DNA of 64,000 nucleotides from Podarcis liolepis (lineage: Eukaryota): NCBI GenBank assembly GCA_965112155.1, contig OZ218098.1; one strand, 5' to 3'. Positions 1-11,991 of this stretch are shown piece after piece (the first letter of the stretch is position 1; every line of letters starts with the position of its first letter). A program made the position numbers and the translations under genes. The notes below the pieces were generated by a model. It was not told the origin of the DNA and ran no database searches. It saw only the letters and a program-made list of their open reading frames with translations.

Positions 1-2455
1 AGAACAGAAAGTAAACCAGATTTATTCTTTAACTGCAAGCCACGTCCATGACTTTTTCATGTGAATAAGAACTTGATCGATATGCACTGGAATAAGAATA
101 TTTCTAGTGAACTGCATTAAATTGATGAACATACCCTATGGGGAAATGCTTTTTTGTTTCTGTGTAATTCCATTACTTAATTATGGGAAAGCCTGCTATG
201 TTAAAATTACACCGCTCAGGTTTCATGAGAGACTGTTAACACTTGGCTACTTCCCTGCCAGCTTGCATAATAATTAGCTTCACGCAGAGTAAAATAGCGG
301 GACTTCAAATGAAGTAAATATTGCTGGGCACGAGCAGGATCTGATATCACATTTTATAGGGTCAGTTAGAGGAAAACAGATTGCTAGTTCTGTCTGTTAG
401 AAATCACCGGGATGAGTTCACAACAAATACTCTTATTCTTTACACTGTGCTCAACTTCCCAGTAACAATTGACCATCTTACATCCACTGTTGTGCAGCAA
501 ACTGAAGCAATGTCATTTGTCTTGTCTTCATTTCAGTACGGTTTTAAATACCGTTACTCAGGAGCCACCCCGTTCCCAAGTTTGCCTTGTGAAAATACAT
601 CTAATGGGATGGGGTGCATACTAAATTGAGATGAATGAGGTAAACTGGCATGGACATACAGGATGAAATCTTTGTCAGAGAGCAAGATTTTTAATTATTT
701 GATGGGCAGTATTGTTCTGTTGAACTGCTGAGTCTTCCTCAATCTGCTGCGTCTGTTGGCTATGTTCAGATGACACAGTTAACTTGTTTACTGGGATCAG
801 AACAAGCCTTAGGCTTTGGCTCTGTGGCCTACCAAGCCCTAAACTGCTGTTAATCTTTACTATGGTTTGTTGAAATAAGCCAGCTTTAAACTAATTATTT
901 CAAGTTAGCTTGTTTCATACAAACCGTAGTAACCCTTGGTTTATTGCATTTGGACTAAAAGGCAAGGTGAATCAAAAGTTTACAAGTGAAAATAACTTGG
1001 TTTTGTAAACAGCAGGACTCTGTACTCTGGTGCAGATGTAACACTGGCTATTACCAAACCATCCTTTGCATATTGGTAGCCAGCCTTCGGTTTCCCCTTG
1101 GTTTCCTTAACCTTGGTTGACCATTACTTCTGCATTAGTGCTAACCAGGGTTCGCATGTGATGCTGTTCTGTACGTAAGGCAAACAGAAGAATGGATGGA
1201 ATACCTAAATGCAGTATTTTGTTTTTTTCTAAAAAAAATGTTTAGGGCAAAACTCTCATATTGAAACTCTCATTTTCCTACTCATATTAAAATACTGCTC
1301 CTCAATGAGGCCAAACTTAGATTCACAAAATGTTATGGGGTATGCGTACCCCTGCATACCCCCAGAAAAAGCACTGCCTAAATGCCTAAATTGTTTTCTT
1401 AGAAAACCCCTCCCTCCCTTCCCATTTGTGTTTTTAAATGTAGTTCTACATAATCTGGTGCAGATAAAGGTGTCCCTCCACCCATCCACACAGTTTCCCT
1501 TTGCTTCTGGCTCTGAAATCCTATCACATGCCAGACTACAAAATAAAAAATCTAAACCATGATTACTTTTTATTTAAGAGGGATTAGAGGACACTTGCAT
1601 TGCAAAACTGTGTTGCTGGCACCAATACAAAACAAAACACAACAACCTAGCTTGTGCAACAGATTTACTAAGTTACAAGTCTCAGTGAGGATTTTTTGTT
1701 AAATCCTTGGGAGTCGTGGCAAGGGATTGGCTCATTCTGCTTCAGCAAGAAGAGCTCATTGGCTTCATGACATTACATTTTATTTCAACTCTCCCTGAAC
1801 CGTGTTGAACTTCACTTGGAACGTTCCTCTGCTTTTTTTTTTTATCCTGAAGCTGTAATCAAAGAACATACAAGGAATGAAAAAGCTTATGAGTGCCTTA
1901 ATTCAACAACCTGGGCATGTTACAAAAAGAAACAACCCACAAAGCCACAATCCTCTGTAAAGGCTAACCTAATCAGTCCTATTCCAAATCTATGCCATTT
2001 ATCTCTAGCAGTCCCCCCCCCCGGGTTTTGTCTCTAGGCATACCCTTTTCTATGATGAAATATGCACCTCTGCCCTGGGAAAGAATCGTAGCACACAGAT
2101 GATCTGATGAATAGCTATTTGTGCCTTATATTTAAGCCCTTGCTATCCCTTCTTCATGACTCTTCATATATTAACAAGTGGGCATCTTTTTCAGCACTTC
2201 CAGAAAAGAGATACAGACGATAATATTTTCTAGCAAGAGGGAATGATTTAAATCAAGATGGTTTAAAATCAATGATTTGAATGAGCAAGAAAAAGGAGGT
2301 TGATTTAAGTCAAGTTTTCTTTTGATACTACTTCACGTATTTTCTAAAAGATGGTGCAAACTACTAAACTCTGTTAATTTACAGAATATTGCTTACCCTG
2401 TTCCATATGTACAACCAAGCCTTGCATCTCTTAGTCTCAGTATACATTTTACATA

Positions 2456-2624
2456 CCGTATTTTTTGCACCATAACACTCACTTTTTTCCTCCTAGAAAG
2501 TAAGGGGAAATGTCTGTGCGTGTTATGGAGGGAATGCCTACGGGTGGCATGCCTACGGATTTTCCTCCTCTAAAAACTACGTGCGTGTTATGGTCGGGTG
2601 CGTGTTATAGAGCGAAAAATACGG
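2456..2624. mobile_element. Tc1/mariner-superfamily (Tc2/pogo-like) MITE
   Basis: 23-nt imperfect TIRs CCGTATTTTTTGCACCATAACAC / GTGTTATAGAGCGAAAAATACGG, flanked by TA on both sides (2454-2455, 2625-2626). CpG-rich relative to the flanks. Confidence 0.85.
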
Positions 2625-5394
2625 TACTTCCTTCTTTTTCCCTGTAGAGGGAATGTCTCTAAAATGTTCTCATATAGGATCTTTCTTATGACAAACACCC
2701 ATGACAATTTGCAAAGTTAGCAGCAGAATCCTATTTGCCCAGGAGTAAATCCTCTTGAGTTCAGTAGGGCTTTAACTATAAGTGAATATAGGACTGCAGC
2801 ACAAGTATGGAGAATAATAGAGACCTGAGCACTGCATAAGTTTGTCTTCCAGTCTTCTTTCCGGTTGCTCCTTTCTGCATCTCTTGGTCCACATTTAACA
2901 AAAATGAGGTATCCATGACTGATAGGTCAAAGCAGGGGTGATTATTACTAGGCAGACTAGAGCTGTTGATTTTCATCAGATTAAGATGAAATGCCTATAT
3001 CTGAATAATGATAAGATAGGTTCTTCATTGAGACAGAAAAATCTATCTGGATATAGCTGATGGAAGGGGTTGATTAAGTGCATATAAATGAACTGTAGGT
3101 CTAACACAGCCTTGTGACTATACCCCACCCCCAAGTTACTACTAGCCTGTTAAAAGAAAAGAAAAAGCACTAACCTGCTCGGTGCTGACCAAAGAGGGAT
3201 GGAGAGTGGCCTTTCTGTGCTGGGTCCAGAAAGGAGAGACAAGGTGCTCCCATCCTTCCTCCAACAGCCCCCTCCTTTCTGTGCATGGAGTCCTGGTTGT
3301 CAGCGACTACAAAGCTACTACCAAGGTTGGCTAATGTGCTTATATCCAAATTAATTTACATTTGATCTCTTTATTATATGAGAGAAACTTAGCAAACCTT
3401 GTCAGAAGAATCCCTGTGTAGGAGTTTCCACTTGTGCAGTGGGGCTTTCCCCTCCACTCTCCTCCCTGTGCCCCTGAAATTAGCTGGTGGCGGGGAGTTG
3501 GGAGGATCCCCAGAATAGGGTGGGTGTGGTTTCTTCTGCTTGTGCAAAGAGAATGTTCATCACAGTGCAAAATTGAATTCCACCCTCCGTATTTACAATT
3601 CTTAAAAACATCAAAATCCAATTATTATTATTTTAAAAAAATCTTAAACCTGATTTTTAGTCCACCTAGCATGCTTATGTTTGAGAGGAAGCCAATAGAG
3701 ACATCAAAGGTGGTGAATATGGGATTAATCTCAGTACCAGGTCATATGTCTATCCCCAAGATAGTAAAGTCAGCGCGTGGGCCTGTGCGGCTGCAGCATT
3801 TCTCCCTGAAATGGGGTTAAAGGAATTGAACTGGGCTGCAGTGCTGTGCTCCTCTCCCTTAGGCCCTCTGCCTTCACCACAAGGAGAGGAGTATAACTAT
3901 TACATTTGAACTGCCCGCTGGTGCCTTGGCTGCTTCGTTTCATTATGTCAAGGGACTTTGTCTGAATTTGCCATAGTGTGAAAATCTCCAAAGTTGCCAT
4001 ATCAGAGAGAAATTATTTCTGAAGTGTTGTTTTTTTCCCTGTCACTTGAGAGCAGTTTCAGATAAAAGGTTTTAGAACAAGGAGGTCAAGTGTGTGACAG
4101 CCTGTTTTCCTCTGCCCTAGAAATATATTTATGAACTCCCACTCAAGTCCCCCCCCACTCCTCAAAACCCATTTTTGGTTTTATTTTAGCTGAAAGAACT
4201 TCCTCATCCTCCGGTGCCCTTGAGAGCACATTGAGATAGGCGTACAGTATTTGTTTGTTTCTGAGAGCAGAACATTCATTAGAAGCTGGAGGAGATTGCT
4301 TTCCATTCCCCTCTCTCACTGCAACAGACATCCAAATGCCAGGGACACAAGGTTTTGTTCTAACCCAGAGTGTGAACTTGCACCATGAAGAAAGTGGCTG
4401 GGGATTCTTTCTAGCTTTCAAGTGCCGTGGGTTGAGGTGATATTCAGCACAGTGCATTTACCTGCTTACCTCATAAGCTAGATGCTCTTCTCTACTTAAT
4501 ACCACAACCCACCACATAGTGAAGCTTGATTAATTTCTTTGATCCCTGAGGGTGCTCAGTTCTGTCCTGGATTGTGCCTCTTCTGAGTCCTCTTCCAGGC
4601 TAGGCACTGTACTCCATGCTAGACCAGCAGTCACTTTCCAGATGCAAGCAATTGCGGAAAGTTAGCTTCCTAAATAGTATTTTCTGCAGCCACAAATTCC
4701 CCTTTTGGTTAGTTTGGGATTGTGCTTTAAAAGATCTGGACTGCTCTTCTATTTAAGTCAAGCCAGAGGGAATGTAGCATTCTGTAGCATTGGCTGTACT
4801 GGATACAAAGACCTGTGAATGTGGTAAATCCTTAGAGTTTGGTTTTCCTGTAATGTGGAAGCCTGAATTAATTCTGGCCTTCATAGTTAACAGCAAGAGA
4901 GGTTAATTCACAGTTCATTCCCAATTTAGCTCAGTAATTAGCTGTTTGTAGAACACTATTTGTGTTTGTTTTGGAGTTAAATACACATAGACGTAAGCCA
5001 CACTTTTAAAAATCTGCTGCACCTTTACCGAGTGAAATTTAAACTTCCTGACTTAATTCACTAAAACATAATGCAAACATTTGTTTTTTAATTGGTCAAT
5101 TTTAAAGCAGACAGATGCTTTGAAAGAAACGATGTAATGAAATTATATCCATTTAACAAAATCTACTGCTTATTACTTGTTTTCCAATTAAGTGTCAGTT
5201 AAGAAGCAATTTCTGTAGGTGGGAAGAAGAGGTATAGGCATTGTTTCTAACATTATATAAAGCCCAGAGCTGTAGCTGAAAAAATTGGTCCAGGATCCAG
5301 TGGGGTATTTAATCACAGCTCCATCTGCAACCAAGCGCTTTGAATGGATACTAGCTTTTTGTTAAATGTTAACCCTCATTTAACCCTCTTTAAT

Positions 5395-5563
5395 GTTCTT
5401 CTTTAACCAGGCCTTTGGCTGATTGACATCCAGTGCCCTTTTAAAATATGATGGGGGTGTTATTGGGTTGTTCTTGATTTTGTTTTTATTATGTATGTGA
5501 TTTTATGTTGTGATTTTATCTTGTGAACCGCCCTGAGACCTATGGGTATAGGGCAGTATACAA

Positions 5564-5613
<50 letters not shown>
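5395..5613 (+). mobile_element. L2/CR1-clade LINE 3' end with (TAA)n tail
   Basis: T-rich 3' UTR, then tgtgaaccgccctgag...gggcagtatacaaat (terminal stem-loop motif), followed by about 15 TAA repeats (5567-5613). Confidence 0.7.
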
Positions 5614-6373
5614 TATCTTCATCAATATGATGCACTTTCTCAGTTAAAATTATGAGTACTTTCACTCTTGCAAGTAAGCATATGATGGCACACAGTTTAT
5701 GATAAAAAGAGGGGGGAAATTAAAGCAAGCTTTTGATCAGGTACTAAAGTCCAGTTCAAACATTCTCAGCCTTCTGCATTCAATTGAAGCCCCCTCTGTG
5801 GACACGTTCATGTGAACAATGTAATATGTGACCTGGGCCATTATCAGATACACCTGTAATCTCCTGACAGAGATTGCCAATAGTGACACTTTTATTTTTG
5901 CTGCCATAGTCACAAGAATTGCCTTTGGTAGCTGTGCATGAGGGCACAAAGTGGACTTCTGGTGGCATAATACATTTTAAAATAATTTAATATTGAGATG
6001 CCCTAAATAAGAATTCTCATTAACACATCCCTAGAAACAGACTGGATACATCGCATAATTAAGGTGCTGAGCTGGTGGAAATACACTCATAGTTCTAGTA
6101 TTTAAGTGCACTAATAAAGAGTTGCAGTATAAAATGTCTTCAAAATTGTTTGCACTTTAAAAAAAAATTGCACTATTGTTACTTCCTGCCACTGGGTTTC
6201 CTTTTATTAATGCTGTTTTTATACTGTTTTAAATGCCATGTTGGGTTGTTGCTGTTTTGTATATATTATGGTGTTAATTTTTATGGTAAGCACCTGAGAG
6301 AACTTTTTGTTGCTGGGCAGTGTATAAATAAAATAGGTAAATAATCAAATGTGCTTTTAAAAATCTCTTGCAG

Positions 6374-6556
6374 CCACCTTGTATACTTCTGGCATCTTGT
6401 TTGGCGTCTTCTTGAACAGCAGTGTACCTATTTTCTTTGAACTTTTTGTGGAAACTGTCTACCCTGTTCCAGAAGGGATTACTTGCGGCGTGACCACTTT
6501 CCTAAGCAACATGTTCATGGGAGTTCTTTTATTTTTTCTTACTTTCTACAATAAAG
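6374..6556 (+). CDS. SLC49A4: SLC49A4 (DIRC2) penultimate coding exon, MFS lysosomal transporter
   Basis: Acceptor tctcttgcAG (AG at 6372-6373) and donor GTAAGG at 6557. Translates [61 protein letters not shown], which I recognise as near-identical to the DIRC2/SLC49A4 C-terminal TM region. 183 nt, phase 1-1. Confidence 0.95.
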
Positions 6557-9386
6557 GTAAGGAGTATTTAGATGCTTGTGGAGTATCAATTTGTTAGCAC
6601 AACGTATTTCAGCTGGGAGTTTTATTTTTGGCTTCACCAGGAAGAGGAGCTTCATGGAGATTCTTCTGTTAACACTAATGATGTGTATAAATCCCTTAGC
6701 ATTTGTAGAAGAATAGGCCTCCCTATGTGTTCGTCTTTATAAGTCTGCCAGTCAAAGATTGAAATCTTCACATAGAATTGTTCCTTTGAAGGCAGGGCAG
6801 TGGGATGCCTTTGAGATAAATACTGTGGTGGCTTTTTTTTTAAAAAAAAAGGAAGACAAAGAACCATGTAATGTTATGACCATTAATAACATACGTAGCT
6901 AGGCAAGCTAAAACAGCGATAAAACTAATCCAATCTCATGCTTCAGGGTCTAATCTGGTTGTTTCGGGGGGTAAGAAGAAGCATGTGGTTTCTTTTTCGT
7001 CTTTCAGATCTGGTCTTTTGACCACACTCACAATTTACAAATTGGCAAAAGAGGGGGTATCTCCCCACTGTCCTGTTTTCAGACAAGTTTTGGAAGATTG
7101 TAAACTGAGGAGAGGAGAGTTGTGGGTTATGTGTTGCTGTAGTGCAGGTGAGGGAAAACTTCTTGAGTTCAAGGTCCCTCCATTTTTGACAGTTGGACAG
7201 GGCCACCCACATTTTGATCACCAGGCATCATACACCATAATTCTGGTTTCAAGCCAGCGGCAAGCACAATCTAGTCCCGCAACACTAAAAACAGTTGATG
7301 GTCACGTGGGCCTGGTTTGTTCAAAATGGCCTGATGGATACCTTCCCAGTGCAATGCTATAGAGATAAAGGGTTGGCTCAACCTGAAGCCTCTGAGCTTT
7401 GCTCCTGTAGAGCACAAAGGGTGTGGAACCATCTGAAGAATGGAGACAGGGTTTCTTCTCCCCACCCCCCTTCTGAAACGTACCCTCTCATACAACAGAG
7501 AAAAGGTCTTTAGCCTAACGTACATCTTCTTGTACATCTTCTTGTGTTTGCAGATCTGTTTGTTGTATGCATGCACTACGTGCTGTTGTTTACATGTTCA
7601 TGTAAAATGCCCTGTGTTCACATGTAAATAATGAGCCAGGAATGCAATGGCCCTTAGCTATTGGTTGAAAGGATGAATATTGCTGCAACCTCACATATAT
7701 CAGTCCTTTCCATATTCGATTTTTCTTCAGCTCTTGCTGTTCGTTCACAAGAACTGCCATAGAATCATCCTCACCTACGATGCCATGATTCCTTGGAGGG
7801 AGAATAGAATACACATAGATTTTGCTGTTAGTGCCTCCCAGTATACACTTCTACTGGATATGCCAGCAGAGCTGACTTACAACCCACATGATGACTGCTG
7901 CTGGTGCATTGTAATGCCATAAGTTTAGTTTCTTGCTTTGAATTATTATTTTTTAAGCGCATTCTTGTTAGTTGACATCATTTTGGCCAGAAAAAATAGC
8001 TTTGACATTTGAAAGCCCCATAAAGACGGTTGCCGTCTTTTAAACAAATATATAGACCACTTACGGTTGGATGGTTTCCATGTATTTATTTGGCAGTTTG
8101 AGGGAGAGGAGCATAAGGGAATGTGAGGATACTGGAAACTTTAGTGATTTTACTTAGTTGGTGTACATTCTATTCAATGTGGTAAAAGGTAAAGCTTTTG
8201 ATGGAATTGATAGCAAAAATATTAGTAGTGGGTGGTGCCTAATAGAACATAAAGAGATATTTCTGAAGAAGCAGTGCTGGCTATAATATTGAGAGTTTTG
8301 CACCTTTAGCCCTGTGAGTTACTGGGATTAAACCAGACCAGTGTTGTTAGGTGGTTTTAGACCTGAGGGTACATTTAGAGTTCTGTAAAAACAGTGAACA
8401 AAGTAGGCATTTCTTCAGAAATACACATAATATTGATAGGGAGATGGCATTTGCATTGTCCTTGCTTACTGATTAACTTTAATAATTAACCATTGGACAG
8501 CATTGGTTTGGACTGCATCTTTTGCTGGAGAAATTACATTTGCTTGTCCTGACAAGCCAAATCAGACTGCTGTTGTTGAATAAAATGATATTTTATCAAT
8601 ACAAGACTAGGAAGGCAAAAGAATAGCTGATGGGAGTCAAAAGAATTGACTAAATGAACACACCCTGTAGATCTTTAAAAAGCACTCACAGCTCATTCTG
8701 GAATGATTTACAGACTCTGGATTTGAAATCCAATTTATAAATATGGTCTCACTGTGCTCAACTTTCCTGACATATAGCTGTATAAGCCTAATTTTCTTGT
8801 GAGCATTTGGAATTGTGGTAGGATGCAGAGATGCTCTTAATCTTTCTCCACCACAATGTCTGCACAGCAAAGGAGTTGTGAAGACCTCATCCCATCATTG
8901 TGACTTACTTACCAAGCAAATTAAGATGGCTAAAATTTAATTAATTTTGTTTTTAAAATGTTCCATGACAAGGGTTATAATCAAATCATAAATTTTGTCT
9001 CAATGTGTTTATTTTCACTGCATCTTCTTAAATCAAAATCTTTGGTGCTTTATAATGCTTTTCATTTATGTGTAAATAGTTTTGTTTCTGTTAGTTCTCA
9101 AGCATAACAACTAAAGACATAGAATAGGCAAGGCTGTCCTGTGTGCCCCAGTTCAGCTGGAAGAAGTTAAGCAGGGGTGCTGGCCTATTTGAGCACCCCA
9201 GCTCAATTTCTTACAGTACGCCTATTTTCAATGAGGACAACTTCTTTCTGACAAAGATTGCACTTTCTCTGAAGTGTTTGCCTTAACCTAAATTATGATG
9301 CTTTTAAAGAACTGGCCGTTTTTTATGATGAAGTAGGACATGCATATTCAAGACTAATCTTTCTTCTTTTTCCCCCACCCACCCAG

Positions 9387-9502
9387 AGTTCTCTTGGTTT
9401 AACTGGTGCCTTCCAGGCTCCTGTCTGCTAAGTCTTCTGCTCATCCTGTGCTTCAGGGAATCCTACGATAGACTTTATCTCGACGTCATTGTCTCCGTTT
9501 GA
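9387..9502 (+). CDS. SLC49A4: SLC49A4 last coding exon
   Basis: Polypyrimidine tract and cccAG acceptor (9385-9386). G|AG completes Glu, then [40 protein letters not shown] at 9500-9502 followed by TAG. Matches the recognised SLC49A4 C-terminus. Confidence 0.95.
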
Positions 9503-11754
9503 TAGCACAAAACAGAAGGGAGCTCCAGAAGAGGATGGAAGTTAGAACCCTGCTCTGCCTCTTTCCTTTGGAAATTGAAAAGACCAAAGGTCAAAGCTAA
9601 AAAAAACCTAAACAATTTTAACATTGACCTTTTAACTGAACTTACAAAGTGGTTTTTAAAGTACACTTCCTAATTTCAGATTTTATTATCTTGATAACGA
9701 TGGTGTGTGTTGTACTTGAATGGGAATTTGAATATTTTTTTAAAAGCACACACTCAGAAGAATGTGCGTTAGGGAGAAGCTATAGTTTATTAACTGTGAG
9801 ATTTTTATTTAATAAGCTATTTAACTGGGTATACAGATTTTGTGCCAACTCAAGCCATTTACAAAATGAATATCTTAGGGTTTAAGGGAGGAACATATTC
9901 ACCATCACAAAAGTCTATTTTTGCAGCCTAAAGAGTCTAGTAAGAATTCTGATGTTCCAATATTTATCCTGCTTTTTAAACAATATACTATCCCCCATGG
10001 TGTAGTATATGAAAAGACAAGTGTCACTTTGATGACCAAATATTTGCAACGTAGTTAATTAGGGCTGAACAACTTGTTCCCTCACTATGAGTCCTCTAAG
10101 CTCTATCAAAATGAGAATAGTAGGTAGATATGAAATTATCCTTCTAGGATTTTAACTATGACCAAATATTTAAAATCCATATAAATGTCTTGACATGCCC
10201 CTTGTACACTACATTTATTTTCTAATGAAGCAATTGCTAATGTTTTCTAATCACTCCCCTTCTTGACACATTGAAGGGTCTTATATCAGTTGGTGCTATA
10301 TATTCAGTTAATTGCCTTAGTATAGGAATGACATCGGTTGTGAAGGTACAATGGGTCAGCACTACCTTTACTGGGATATTTTTAATTCATTTCTCCATCC
10401 AAATACTGCAAGCTGTCCTCCCAATGTTTTATCAAGCTGACTGAACAAAATTTATAGCTTTTCTGTGACAAGTCACGTGTGTTTTCAAGCTAGTTTACAA
10501 TTTAAAGAGTGCCTATCATGTGTGATTTTGTTTTTAAACAGATATTCAGTGGTGGTACTTTCGGGTAACAAAATTAAATAGCAAATCAAATCGATCCAGA
10601 CTTTATCTTCTATAGAAAGCTTTTGATCCAGTGGGCAGATCCCACTGGTGGGGGCGGCATTTACCAATTTCTCTTCTCCCTCCCACAGTGTTTCAGCCCA
10701 GCTCGGGAGGTGGGTGAGGCTGAGGGTGCAGGAGAGCAGGGAATCTCCCTTGTCCACCAGCAGGAGCAAAGTCTGATTCCAACTCAGAGTCTCCAGCCTT
10801 GGAACGTTGCATAACATGGTAGTTGCAGTACTGTGTATTCTGTATTACGACACATATTATTGAGTTGGCTTTGTTTTCAAAAGCCAATCTAGCTTCTCCA
10901 GTAGGTTTTACAAAGCTTCACGTGCTCATGCTTTGCAAGAAATCTTATGCAAAATACATGTTGCTACCATCCATTTGAGAGAGGGAATTGTCAACCTGTG
11001 TTTACTAAATTGTGGCCAGTATGCTTCTCTACTAACACAAATATTTTGAAACACTTTCATGAGCATTCTTATAGCTCTGTTAATAATGAGTTTTAATCCT
11101 GAGCTTGTTCTCTTCCGTTGGTCGGTCGGTCTGTGTGCATGTGTGTAAAATATTGTTTGCACATACAAATCTTACGAGTGTATTTTTTAGTAGTAAATTT
11201 CCACAGTGTCGAAATTCTAATGATATATTTAGTGCCATTGTCCATTCGAAAAGCAATCTCTTCAAGTAATGACATAGTTTACATAACACAGTTGAGTGAC
11301 TTTTTTTTTTAAGAGGAGGTAACAAAGCCAACTTGCTCAGGGGCATTTGTGGATTCCACAATCTAATATTATGCTTCAGTGAGAACTTTGAATTTGGATA
11401 TGTTTCACTCCTTCAAAGAAGTTCCATTCTGCCACTCTTGATTCATTTGGCCACTGTAATTCAGAAATTAAGCAATATTTCTCAGACACATGGCTTTATT
11501 CTGTTTGTCCAGTCATTTTATTCTGTGGATAACTGAAATATTTCTTCAATTTGCATTTAGGATCTTAAATGGAATTATTGGTGTCATTTTATAGCGTCAA
11601 CTTTTTGTTGTTGTTATGGTACCATTTTGTATTCCATATTGGTTAGTAGGATGTGACAGCTTGATGAACTGATCCGCGACAGCTCATGAAAGATGAAAAA
11701 CCTTTCTCTTAGAAGTACCTTTCAGCCAAAATATAGCCATTTTAATCTGCAATA

Positions 11755-11991
11755 CAGTGGACGCTCGGGTTGTGAACGTGATCCGTGTGGGATGCACGTT
11801 TGCAACCTGCAGCAGCACGTCTGCGCACACGCGGGTTGTGATTTCGTGCTTCTGCACGTGCGCAAAGCACGATTTAGCGCATGTGCAACCTCCGAAACCC
11901 TGGAGTAACCTGTTGCGGTACTTCCAGGTTTCGGAGCGTCCGTAACCTGAAAAAGCGCAACCTGAAGCGTCTGTAACCCGAGGTATGACTG
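11755..11991. mobile_element. Tigger/pogo-like MITE
   Basis: TA|CAGTGGACGCTCGGGTT ... AACCCGAGGTATGACTG|TA. Internal repeated GCAACC/GTAACC motifs; CpG-rich. Confidence 0.85.

Noticed and set aside
1-6373. Additional upstream SLC49A4 exon
   Set aside because: No segment with SLC49A4-like translation and splice sites was recognised; treated as intron.
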